Positions 55,677 through 64,000 of a stretch of 64,000 bases of DNA are shown here, piece after piece. The notes under the pieces are model-generated. The model saw only the letters and a list, made by a program, of their open reading frames with translations. It was not told the origin of the DNA and made no database searches. Positions within the stretch are counted from its first letter, which is position 1. Every line of letters begins with the position of its first letter. The translations under genes and the position numbers were made by a program. This stretch comes from an uncultured archaeon (GTDB taxonomy: Archaea > Nanobdellota > Nanobdellia > Pacearchaeales > GW2011-AR1), in assembly GCA_902385625.1 (NCBI GenBank), contig CABMGE010000001.1, positions 18,765 through 82,764 on the forward strand. Direction: 5' to 3'.

Positions 55677-55886
55677 TTAAACCGAAACTACTCTGTAGTA
55701 AAAGTATTTCTCTCCATCAACGATTCTCTCAATTTTTACTACATCAGAAATTTCGTAACCTTCTTCTAATGCAAGGTCATTTATTTTTATTTTAGGAAGT
55801 TGAGTAAGAGAAATATTTAGTTCTGCAAGTAGTTTTTCGACCTCATTAGGGCTTAGTTTAGTATGTTTAGGCTGTAAAATATGCAT
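55677..55886 (-). CDS. rpoH: RNA polymerase subunit H (Rpb5-like)
   Basis: HILQPKHTKLSPNEVEKLL...LPKI...D; immediately upstream of rpoB. Confidence 0.85.
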   Translation of the reverse strand: MHILQPKHTKLSPNEVEKLLAELNISLTQLPKIKINDLALEEGYEISDVVKIERIVDGEKYFYYRVVSV

Positions 55887-56164
55887 TTTGGGATATCTTT
55901 TATAGACCTGATAAATAATTTAGGATATTTACCTTTAACGACTTTATAATTAATAATTAAATCAAAAAGTAGATTTATAAACCTTTCGGTTAGATTTTGA
56001 GGTGGGTTTTTAAAGCTTTCGTCTTTTTATGCAGATTTAACCACAAATCAAAATCAAAAAATATTTTTATTTGATTTTTTAAATTGAAAAATCAATTTTT
56101 GTCTGTTACTCTCAAGAAGTAAATAAAAAGTAAGGTTTATAAACATATTAAAAATAAAACCTTA

Positions 56165-56800
56165 ATGGAGAATATTGGTTGGAACTATGATCATGTAAAC
56201 AAAGAAGGAAAAAATGTTTTCATATTTAGGGATACCTGTCATAAGAATCCTGATATTCAAACAAAAATTCTAGATGAATCTTGCAGACTAATGTTTGGGA
56301 ATTATTTTAAGGTTATGTTTAGTGAAGGTTTTGAAGGTCATAGTCCGATGATATTTTATGATCCATCGAATAATGGAAATAAGTGGAACGCATCAGAGGT
56401 TCTTTCCTATAGGTTTAACAGTTCTGAAAGATTTGTTTTTGGAGTAGAGCAAAAAGAGCTTCTTGAAAAACATCTTGGAATAATCAGACGCAAAGTTATC
56501 TTGGGAAAAAAGCAATTGGAAGGATCAATAACTCTTCCTGAATATTCCGAATTGTTTGGTTTGCAATATCTATTCGACGAAGTTTCAAAAGAAAGAAGTT
56601 ATTGCGCAGTAGAAGCTATCTCAACTTATATGAGATTTCTGAATTTAGATACTGCAGGTTTGGTCTATGGAGATGGCCATTTTGAAGAGATCACTGATAA
56701 ATTAAAAACAAAAGGAATTGGTTATTCTTATTTTTATCCTGGAGCAGTTGAATTGACTCCTGAAGAAGCATTTGAATATTCACTCCAATTCATGAATTAA
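56165..56800 (+). CDS. hypothetical protein
   Basis: 211-aa ORF. Confidence 0.45.
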   Translation: MENIGWNYDHVNKEGKNVFIFRDTCHKNPDIQTKILDESCRLMFGNYFKVMFSEGFEGHSPMIFYDPSNNGNKWNASEVLSYRFNSSERFVFGVEQKELLEKHLGIIRRKVILGKKQLEGSITLPEYSELFGLQYLFDEVSKERSYCAVEAISTYMRFLNLDTAGLVYGDGHFEEITDKLKTKGIGYSYFYPGAVELTPEEAFEYSLQFMN

Positions 56801-56932
56801 TTTCTTAAATAATTTTTTAGAGTTTCAGAATAAAATTAATTTTTAAAAAGTCAATTTTCCGAAGACAAATATTATTTGAAAACTTTAATTCGTAAGAATT
56901 GAATGGTGAAAATCCCCTTCATTAAATAAATC

Positions 56933-57007
56933 TGGGGGTCAGGGGATTTGAACCCCTGACACCCTGCTTAAAAGGCAGGTGCTCTAACCGGACTGAGCTA
57001 GACCCCC
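56933..57007 (-). tRNA. tRNA-Lys (TTT)
   Basis: Hand fold: GGGGGTC/GACCCCC acceptor, GCTC/GAGC D stem, CCTGC-CTTTTAA-GCAGG anticodon arm, AGGGG-TTCAAAT-CCCCT T arm; no encoded CCA. Confidence 0.9.
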
Positions 57008-57257
57008 ATGCTCCATTCGGAGCATACTAATTGAACTGGCTAGAACAACTAGTAATAAAAACCCTAAATAAAATTAGTTTAAAAATGTTATTGAAATGCT
57101 CCATCTGGAATAAACTAGTCTGAATGTTTTGAATTATAAAAAATCACTTATTTTTGTTTACTCACCACTAATTATTGAATGTGAGAAATAAAATAAAAAG
57201 ATAAATTAGTTTTTGAGAATGTTCGTCTGGCTGGAATCATATGATTACAGACAAGGA

Positions 57258-58388
57258 TTAGATAACTCTCTCGAGAGCCATGCCTGATTTCCAAACACAA
57301 CCTCCAGCACATTTCATTCTCTGGGAGCATTTTGGTTTCATCCATTCTTTTATTTCAGGTCTTGCTTTTGAATATTCTTCAGCAGTGCCAAGAGTATTTC
57401 TCATTATCTCATACTGTGCATGCCCGCATAATCTAAGTATCATTTTTGATCTAAAGTTTCGAAGGCTTCCCATTTCGCTTACGAGTAATAATTGCGCCTG
57501 TGGAAAATCCTCTCTAGATATATGTTCTAGATCCTTATGCCATTCATGAAGGAGTTCTTTATCTGATGAAATAATCTCTGGAATAAAAAATCCTTCAGCT
57601 GCACCAAGATCAATTTTTTTTGAAATATGATACTCTATTGTTCTATGTCTTTGTGCCTGTGCAAGTCCTGCAAAACTCATAAGATAGTTAGTAGAATATT
57701 TGTCTCCGAATTTTTCCTCCACAGGTTTTCCAAAAAAACTTAAATGTCTGTCAGTTTGATTTTTTAGATCTTCGATTCTAAATTCTTTTGTCTGTTCTAA
57801 GAACTCTTCCATGTTTTGCGAAAGTCTTTTATTAAACTCATTGCCATTTTGGTTTTCAAATATGAATCTTTCAAATTCATAAATAAAAAAATTAAGTTGA
57901 CGAAGATTAATTGTATGAAGCATTTTTGTTGGAGTAAATACACTTGTCATATATCTTGCATTTTCTTGAGCAAGTTTTTTTATTCCATTACTTCTTTCAT
58001 TATTATCATTAAGTGCAGGATAAACCTTGTCAATAAGTGGAATAAAAATTTCCATCCATTTGTCATACTTTTCTTTTTGTTCAGGCAAAACATCCTTCAT
58101 TTGTGTATATCTTGCAGATTTTTCAGAAGTAACATATTGTTTTTCATTATTAAGAACCATAACAAAAGCTTTTGGAGCAGTTATATAAAAATTAAGCCAA
58201 ATATGTTCATAAGGAGAATGATGGCCGCCCTTTTTTATTCTATTAGTTAAATCAGGATTTGGTGGTTCCTCAATTATTTCATCCCAGTCTTTTTCAGAAT
58301 AACATACTCTTGCTGCATCCTGGGAAAATTTAAGGAATTCTTCTCTTGTTCTGTAGTTGTTTGTCGAACCTTTCAGTTCTATTTTCAT
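57258..58388 (-). CDS. thyX: ThyX-family (flavin-dependent thymidylate synthase-like) protein, unusually long
   Basis: AARVCYSE, GHHSPYEH, and AQAQRHRTIEYHIS fitting RHR-x7-S. An N-terminal pseudo-motif NNEKQYVTSEKSARY keeps S..RY but lacks RHR. Confidence 0.6.
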   Translation of the reverse strand: MKIELKGSTNNYRTREEFLKFSQDAARVCYSEKDWDEIIEEPPNPDLTNRIKKGGHHSPYEHIWLNFYITAPKAFVMVLNNEKQYVTSEKSARYTQMKDVLPEQKEKYDKWMEIFIPLIDKVYPALNDNNERSNGIKKLAQENARYMTSVFTPTKMLHTINLRQLNFFIYEFERFIFENQNGNEFNKRLSQNMEEFLEQTKEFRIEDLKNQTDRHLSFFGKPVEEKFGDKYSTNYLMSFAGLAQAQRHRTIEYHISKKIDLGAAEGFFIPEIISSDKELLHEWHKDLEHISREDFPQAQLLLVSEMGSLRNFRSKMILRLCGHAQYEIMRNTLGTAEEYSKARPEIKEWMKPKCSQRMKCAGGCVWKSGMALERVI

Positions 58389-58495
58389 AAAATAATTCGC
58401 CCTTATTTACTTATAAATAAATATATCTTAGAAAATATAATTACTAAATACATAGATCTTTTAAACTATCATCTTATAATTAAAAAGAGATCAAA

Positions 58496-59044
58496 ATGCC
58501 AAGAGAATTTGAAGTAACTACAATTATTGGAGAACATCAGAAATATGAAGTAATTGAGGTTGAGCCAGTTACTTTTGCAAGTGGAAACCAGGGAAGTTCA
58601 TGCAGAACAATATTTAGTCCAGAAAACAAACTATGGAAGGGTGTTCTTGATAATTTTGCTTTTCATGCTTATCAGGTTTATGAAATGACAGGTCTTGACT
58701 CTGCAATAAAAGCATATCCTCCAAGATTACTAACAGAACATGATGGAGAAAGATTTACTCATGCAGAAATTGAATCAAAAGACAGATTAAGGCTTATTTA
58801 TGATGTATTTCCAAGTTCCTGTGCAATGCCTATTTTAAGAATATCTCCTTCAGAAGGACAGTTATACATTTCAGAGTATGATCCTAAATCTGCAAAACTT
58901 CCTCTTGAAAAAATGAGTTTTAGTCAGGAGTTTGAAGGAAGTTTGGATTTAAGATTTGCGAGTTTGCAGGTATTTTTGCATTTAAGGCCTTTTGAAGAAG
59001 AAAACTGTGATTATTATTCTAGAGACTTAAAAAAGAGTTTTTAA
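58496..59044 (+). CDS. hypothetical protein
   Basis: 182-aa ORF. Confidence 0.45.
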   Translation: MPREFEVTTIIGEHQKYEVIEVEPVTFASGNQGSSCRTIFSPENKLWKGVLDNFAFHAYQVYEMTGLDSAIKAYPPRLLTEHDGERFTHAEIESKDRLRLIYDVFPSSCAMPILRISPSEGQLYISEYDPKSAKLPLEKMSFSQEFEGSLDLRFASLQVFLHLRPFEEENCDYYSRDLKKSF

Positions 59045-59376
59045 TTTTTCAACTGTTCCTGTATTTTAACTTCAATCGCCTCAGCAGAATGAGCTCCAAC
59101 TATTCTACTGGCTTCTTTTCCACTTTTAAAAATAATAAGGCAGGGAATATTTGAAACTCTGTATTTTTCAGCCAAGTCAGAATTATCATCAACATTTAAC
59201 TTTACAAATTTTACCTCTTTCATAGTCTCGGCAAGTTCTTCAATAATAGGGCTTATCATAAGGCAAGGCATGCACCATTCTGCAAAAAAATCTACAACTA
59301 CTAGTTTATGAGAATTATTAATAATTTCGTTAAATTCTTCCCCTGTAAGCTCCATTTCTGATTCTTTTCCTGCCAT
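59041..59376 (-). CDS. trxA: thioredoxin
   Basis: DFFAEWCMPCLMISP (WCxPC), about 110 aa. Confidence 0.85.
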   Translation of the reverse strand: MAGKESEMELTGEEFNEIINNSHKLVVVDFFAEWCMPCLMISPIIEELAETMKEVKFVKLNVDDNSDLAEKYRVSNIPCLIIFKSGKEASRIVGAHSAEAIEVKIQEQLKN

Positions 59377-59549
59377 TTTGGACTATCACCCTCTATTTTT
59401 TCTAGATTTAATATATAATTTGACATTAAAAAGTCTAAAACCAAGGCATTAATAAATGTTTCCCATAATCTGACCTGAATTATTATAAAGTGTAATTATC
59501 TATTTTCCATAATAATAATGATTATTAAACCATAATCTGGAATCGAATA

Positions 59550-60221
59550 ATGGCAAAAAGAAAACATATTGCAAAAAAAGGAAAAAAAGCAAATCATATT
59601 CATTCATATGGCTCAAAGGCAGTTGGGCAAAATGATATGGAAGATGAATTAAGGTATCTTGCAGATTCCAAATTCTTTTATTTTGAAAATATAGAAGACT
59701 ATAAAGATAGACCCTCATGGGATGAAGCATTTATGCTTGCAGCCTATGAAGCAGCAACTCGTTCAAGTTGTCTTGATTTAAAAACAGGTGCAGTTGTTGT
59801 TAAGGATAACCGTGTAAGGGCATCAGGATATAATGGAGCTCCGCCAGGAATAAGAAATTGCCTTGAAGTTGGATGCAGAAAAAAATCCCTTGGAATAGAT
59901 TTTAATGAAAGATGTACAGGTAACTGCAGAGGAGCTCATGCAGAAAGAAATGCAATGGATCAAATAGCAAGAGAAGACCTAAAAGGAACAACATTATACA
60001 CTGTATTTTTTCCATGTTCTGATTGTGCAAAAGAGATTGTTGGAAATGGAATTTCAGAAGTAGTTTACTCAATAATCTATAAAGAACCTGATTCACTTAC
60101 AACAGAATTATTTTCAGAAGCAAAAATAAATCTAAGAGAGTATCAACCAGATATAATTGAACAATTCACAAGACTTATGAGAATATACAATCAAAGACAT
60201 AAAAGAAATCAAAATTATTAA
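59550..60221 (+). CDS. dCMP deaminase (ComEB-type)
   Basis: WDEAFM, HAERNAM, PCSDCAKEI zinc ligands; may start at the internal ATG 59637. Confidence 0.85.
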   Translation: MAKRKHIAKKGKKANHIHSYGSKAVGQNDMEDELRYLADSKFFYFENIEDYKDRPSWDEAFMLAAYEAATRSSCLDLKTGAVVVKDNRVRASGYNGAPPGIRNCLEVGCRKKSLGIDFNERCTGNCRGAHAERNAMDQIAREDLKGTTLYTVFFPCSDCAKEIVGNGISEVVYSIIYKEPDSLTTELFSEAKINLREYQPDIIEQFTRLMRIYNQRHKRNQNY

Positions 60222-60227
60222 ATATTT

Positions 60228-61427
60228 TTATCTCATCCATTCATCAGGATCATCTTGCATAAGATGTTCATGGTGTAATAACCAACTACTTTTATCAGGA
60301 GATTTATGATAAGATTCACTTACAATATTCAAATCATTAACACTCATTCCAAGAATTTTTCCAGCTTCTACTAAAGCTTCTTCAGGTTTGTAAACTCTTG
60401 CAAGTTTTGATGGATCAGGAGTCGCATCCCATGATTTAGGCCAAGAGTCCCATTCAGAAGGATATTCAAATTTATCCAAGTCATAGCCTAATTGTTTAAG
60501 TCTACTTTCAGGTTGGTTGAGTCCATGTCCACGGCTTTCTGCATCCATTTGAGCAGCAACAAGCCTCATTAAACCTTTTTTGTTTTTTCCACCAACATTC
60601 ATAAAAAAATCATTAGTTGAACAGCTTAAGTCTTCATAACCTCTACTTTTCATCTTTTCAATTTGTTTTGGAAGATTGTCACGATCAACATATAGTCCAT
60701 ACAAATGAAGTGAACTTGAATGGTCTATATAAGAACCTAGTTCTACTGGTTGCGAAATAATATTTGAAACTTTTGAAGCCAATAATTTCATCAGTTCAAT
60801 TTGTCCAATATTATTTTCATTCCATGCTTTAAGTAAGTCTCTGCTTCTCCAGTCTGTTTCATAATTCATTACAAAATTTCCCTCTTTGTTTTGGAAAAAT
60901 CTTAGTTGTCCAAGTTGCCAGCAAGGAGGATCATCTTGTTCAAGAATTATATCTTCACCAGCTCTCCAGATTGCAAACTGATAATCTCTTCCAGTAATTC
61001 TTTTTCTTGAGTCCCAGTCATGTTTAATTCTTTCAAAAATAAATGGTAGTTGTTCTACAAATCTTTCATTATATGTATATCCCCATCGGTTTGGATGTTC
61101 TGCATCTTTTTTCCAATGATTATGTATCCCATGTGTAACTTCAAGAATATATTGCATAACTCCTTCAGCACCATCATGAATTCCAGGATAACAGACCTTA
61201 GGTTCAGAATCAGGATTTTTAACAACAACAGTAATATTTGCATCATAACCAAGACTCATGCCTGGTTTTTGTTTTGGAGTTTCGATTCTTGTTCCATTAT
61301 CATAGCATGCAATAATTGTTTTATGGGTTGCTTCTGCAAGATTATCTGCTTCAACAAGAATGGCTCCTTTTTTACCATTACCTCTGAGTTCATTTTGTTC
61401 TCGATTAAAATCATTTATATCACTCAT
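60228..61427 (-). CDS. thymidylate synthase (ThyA)-fold protein, divergent and extended
   Basis: DDPPCWQ (nucleophile Cys context PPC), DWRSRDLLKAWNENN (RS-x-D...N, as in QRSxDxxLGxPFN), SSSLHLY (as in GDxHxY); 399 aa. Confidence 0.55.
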   Translation of the reverse strand: MSDINDFNREQNELRGNGKKGAILVEADNLAEATHKTIIACYDNGTRIETPKQKPGMSLGYDANITVVVKNPDSEPKVCYPGIHDGAEGVMQYILEVTHGIHNHWKKDAEHPNRWGYTYNERFVEQLPFIFERIKHDWDSRKRITGRDYQFAIWRAGEDIILEQDDPPCWQLGQLRFFQNKEGNFVMNYETDWRSRDLLKAWNENNIGQIELMKLLASKVSNIISQPVELGSYIDHSSSLHLYGLYVDRDNLPKQIEKMKSRGYEDLSCSTNDFFMNVGGKNKKGLMRLVAAQMDAESRGHGLNQPESRLKQLGYDLDKFEYPSEWDSWPKSWDATPDPSKLARVYKPEEALVEAGKILGMSVNDLNIVSESYHKSPDKSSWLLHHEHLMQDDPDEWMR

Positions 61428-61545
61428 TTTTCTTCCTCGTTTTTATTAAAGAATTTCATTCATCTTCATTTATAAACATAATGATAAGAAAAAATATATT
61501 TTAGGAACAGATGTTATTTTTAAATTCATTTATAATAATTGAATA

Positions 61546-61797
61546 ATGGATGAATTAAAAATAGGTTACTATCAGCATTCTAAATCCGGAAAATTTTATG
61601 AAGTTATTGGAGTAGCAAGAAATTCTGAGAGTCCAGATGAAGAAATGGTTGTATACAAGGCATTATATAGTGATCCTAAATTTGGAAACCATTGCTTATG
61701 GGTAAGGCCAAAGAAAATGTTTCTTGAAACAATTATACTCAATGAAAAAGAAGTTCCAAGATTCAAATTTATGGGAGATCTTTCAGACAAAAGATAA
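61546..61797 (+). CDS. DUF1653-like small protein
   Basis: YYQHSKSGKFYEVIGVARNSESPDEEMVVYKALY...LWVRP. Confidence 0.55.
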   Translation: MDELKIGYYQHSKSGKFYEVIGVARNSESPDEEMVVYKALYSDPKFGNHCLWVRPKKMFLETIILNEKEVPRFKFMGDLSDKR

Positions 61798-61897
61798 TAA
61801 TCATTTGTATTTATTATATTATATAAAATCTGAATTTACTTTAAATTTTTGTAGCTAAATTATCTTGTTTAGGTTCGAAATACCTGGGCAAATACAA

Positions 61898-62485
61898 TTA
61901 TTTCAATTCATATCCAATTTCAAATAACATTGGAATTATTTTTTCAACAGGCATTCCAAAACAAAGATTATGAAAACTTCCTTCAATTCTTCTGACAAAT
62001 GTTGCGCTATAATATTCAGGAGGAGAATATCCAAGAGCGCAGGTGGTATATTTAAAATCCTGATTTAAAAATTTTTCAATTTCTTCATCCCTTATTTCAC
62101 GTATCCATGCTTTTGTCTCAACAACGTCTGACATTTCCTTTCCATTATCAAGGTTTATCATGTGTATTCCAGTAAAAAACTCATGCATGTTGCCAGATAG
62201 TCTTTTTAGCCTTTGAAAATTCTCTTCTCTTGTTTTTGGTTTTTCGAGTATTTCAGAATCAAAATAAGAAACAGAGTCAAAACCAACAATAATTCCAGAA
62301 GAATGATTTTTTGAAACTGATTCTGCTTTTAATTTTGCAAGATATTTTACCAACTCTGCTGGATAACTGGGTCTGTCCTTTGTATACTCATCAACATCGC
62401 TTCCTTCACATAAATATTCAAGACCCAAACTATCAAATATTTTTTTTCTATGCAGAGACGTTGTTGCAAGTATTAATTTTTTCAT
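61898..62485 (-). CDS. maf: Maf-like nucleoside-triphosphate pyrophosphatase
   Basis: LILATTSLHRKKIFDSLGLEY N-terminus, about 195 aa. Confidence 0.7.
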   Translation of the reverse strand: MKKLILATTSLHRKKIFDSLGLEYLCEGSDVDEYTKDRPSYPAELVKYLAKLKAESVSKNHSSGIIVGFDSVSYFDSEILEKPKTREENFQRLKRLSGNMHEFFTGIHMINLDNGKEMSDVVETKAWIREIRDEEIEKFLNQDFKYTTCALGYSPPEYYSATFVRRIEGSFHNLCFGMPVEKIIPMLFEIGYELK

Positions 62486-63246
62486 TTTTTTCTTAAAATA
62501 AGAGGGCTAAACATTGAGGATAGATCTTTATTATCTCCTGAGTTAAATATTGATGTTGCTTCAATGTCTCGTACTAAATTTGTAAGTTTTTGATCTACTG
62601 AAAATCCTGGCGGCATTCCATTTCCTCCATGTCCATCATAAAAACAAGTCACTCTCTCAAAAAAACTGGAATCAAGATAAATTATTCCATTTGAATCCAA
62701 TTTTTTAAATAGATTTTTAAGTCCAATTTTTAAATCACCATTGTAATCCCAATCAGAGGTATTAAAACTTGATAGATAAACCTTGGAGAATTTTTCTGCC
62801 TTTTGAATTTCCTGAAAAATATCTCCCTGAATTATTTCAAGTGAGTCTAATTTTGAACTGATATTTGAAATTCTATTCTGATGAATATATTCTACGCCTA
62901 ATTTTTGGTTACTTCTATTAAAATAAGCATTTCTTCTCCTTAAATTAAATTCGCCAAATCGAGTATTATTTTCTCCTTTATACATATCATCATATATTCC
63001 ATATTCTATGATATCTAAAAATTCTTTCTTGCCCCAATTTCTTTCAAGAAGCTTTACTCTTTCTTTCATCAGTTTTATTTGTAATGGATTATTGTCTACT
63101 GCAATTACTTTTCCTGCATACTCTAGTATTGCAAATGCCTGGTCGCCTGAACCTCCGATTGCATAGACGATGTCATCAGATTTCAAATCAAGACCTACAA
63201 CAATTGCTGCGAGTGATTCATTTGTTCTTGAATATAATAATTCCAT
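62482..63246 (-). CDS. DUF3419/BtaA-like SAM-binding protein
   Basis: VYAIGGSGDQAFAIL...VIAVDNNPLQIKLMKERVKLL. Confidence 0.45.
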   Translation of the reverse strand: MELLYSRTNESLAAIVVGLDLKSDDIVYAIGGSGDQAFAILEYAGKVIAVDNNPLQIKLMKERVKLLERNWGKKEFLDIIEYGIYDDMYKGENNTRFGEFNLRRRNAYFNRSNQKLGVEYIHQNRISNISSKLDSLEIIQGDIFQEIQKAEKFSKVYLSSFNTSDWDYNGDLKIGLKNLFKKLDSNGIIYLDSSFFERVTCFYDGHGGNGMPPGFSVDQKLTNLVRDIEATSIFNSGDNKDLSSMFSPLILRKK

Positions 63247-63306
63247 CTTTAATTCGGCTCTTTTTTTAGAAACTTATAATGATTTATAAGAATTATTGTA
63301 ATTCAT

Positions 63307-64000
63307 TCACACAAGTACTCTTACAAACTCAGAGTATTTATCCATAATTTTCTTTAGTTCAAATATTTCTCTTGAAGGTTTTGGAGAGAGTTTACCATAT
63401 TGCGGATCCAAAGTTTTTTTCGGATTATATTGCTGAAGAGTATAAAGATTGACTTTTTGATATGCCTCTCTTCTTGTATTATCAGTCTCTCTTCCAAAAC
63501 AAGCCCAGGTACCTATTTTTTCAATATCCTCTGTTGTAAAATCCGGAAGAATAGTTGTCCTGAATTCGTAATTTGGAAATAATTTTACAAGCCTGATACT
63601 TTTATCTATGTTTTCAAGTTTTAAATTTCCATTTACATTAACAATATTATGATATTTTTCTCTTGGTCCTTTAATGTCCATTGCAACATAATCAATAGTT
63701 TCTTCTTTCAAAAGTTCTCTAAGCATTTCAGGATTGCTTCCATTTGTATCAAGTTTAACTGAAAGTCCCATGTCTTTAAGTCTTCTAGCAAATCCAGGAA
63801 GATCACTATAAATTGTTGGTTCTCCGCCTGAAATGCAAATCCCCTGATACCATCCAGTCTTTGCTTTTGAGTTTATATTTTTAAGAAGTGCCTCAAGATT
63901 AATTTCATTGATCTTTCCTTCAACTAATTCTGGATTATGACAAAATCCGCATTTAAAGTTGCATCCAGAGACAAATAGTATCTGTCCCATTTTTCCAGGA
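63307..64000 (-). CDS. radical SAM activating enzyme (anaerobic RNR activase NrdG-like), 5' end outside window
   Basis: Frame open to the window edge (..PGKMGQILFVSGCNFKCGFCHNPEL), ISGGEPT. Confidence 0.75.
   Translation of the reverse strand, partial: PGKMGQILFVSGCNFKCGFCHNPELVEGKINEINLEALLKNINSKAKTGWYQGICISGGEPTIYSDLPGFARRLKDMGLSVKLDTNGSNPEMLRELLKEETIDYVAMDIKGPREKYHNIVNVNGNLKLENIDKSIRLVKLFPNYEFRTTILPDFTTEDIEKIGTWACFGRETDNTRREAYQKVNLYTLQQYNPKKTLDPQYGKLSPKPSREIFELKKIMDKYSEFVRVLV

Noticed and set aside
55887-56164. A/T-rich imperfect palindromes upstream of rpoH (aatcaaaaaatatttttatttgatt) as a replication origin
   Set aside because: No ORB-like repeats and no cdc6/orc1 gene are nearby. Such palindromes are expected by chance in very AT-rich spacers.
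56933-64000. The nucleotide-metabolism cluster as an integrated virus at tRNA-Lys
   Set aside because: No integrase, capsid, terminase or replication genes are present. The cluster lies on the 5' side of the tRNA, whereas integration normally targets the 3' end. The nearby ATGCTCCAT(T/C)(C/T)GGA repeat (57008 and 57097) is only 14 nt long and lies outside the tRNA.
1-64000. Alternative genetic code or stop-codon recoding
   Set aside because: All long conserved genes (rpoA, rpoB, EF-2, EF-1alpha, dnaG, SMC-like) are uninterrupted under the standard code and end where homologues end.

Overview
Visibly AT-rich, gene-dense archaeal segment, most likely from a small-genome DPANN-type archaeon (lineage is inference). 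Its backbone is the archaeal information-processing string on the minus strand: rpoH-rpoB-rpoA-nusA-S12-S7, EF-2, EF-1alpha. The window also holds archaeal DnaG primase, RNase HII, two tRNAs (initiator-type Met-CAT and Lys-TTT), an SMC-like ATPase, two B12-type radical SAM genes, a KAS/FabK-like pair, a pyrimidine-deoxynucleotide cluster and many small secreted or membrane proteins. I found no rRNA, CRISPR array, transposase or integrase. Observations worth a second look: (1) a family of about 75-110 nt multi-hairpin intergenic repeats, five clear copies and one weak, whose stems change by compensatory substitutions. All clear copies sit in the two accessory inserts that break the conserved S7/EF-2/EF-1alpha string. 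(2) An SMC-headed ATPase with no recognisable hinge but a CPLC motif at the exact midpoint, as in the Rad50 zinc hook. (3) A degenerate receiver domain fused to a degenerate HPr-like domain. (4) A translationally abutted KAS + FabK-like pair behind a B12-radical SAM gene, with no ACP or other FAS genes nearby. (5) ThyX-like and ThyA-fold genes together with dCMP deaminase, Maf, thioredoxin and an NrdG-like activase. (6) An unsplit rpoA. (7) An ArmA/Rmt-like 16S rRNA methyltransferase. (8) Three secreted Tyr/Gly-rich proteins. (9) Paired GTATACC-N3-GTATACC sites flanking a ribbon-helix-helix gene block. All functional calls come from motifs read by eye in the supplied translations. No database search or folding program was run. 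Non-CDS coordinates were counted by hand and could be off by 1-2 nt.
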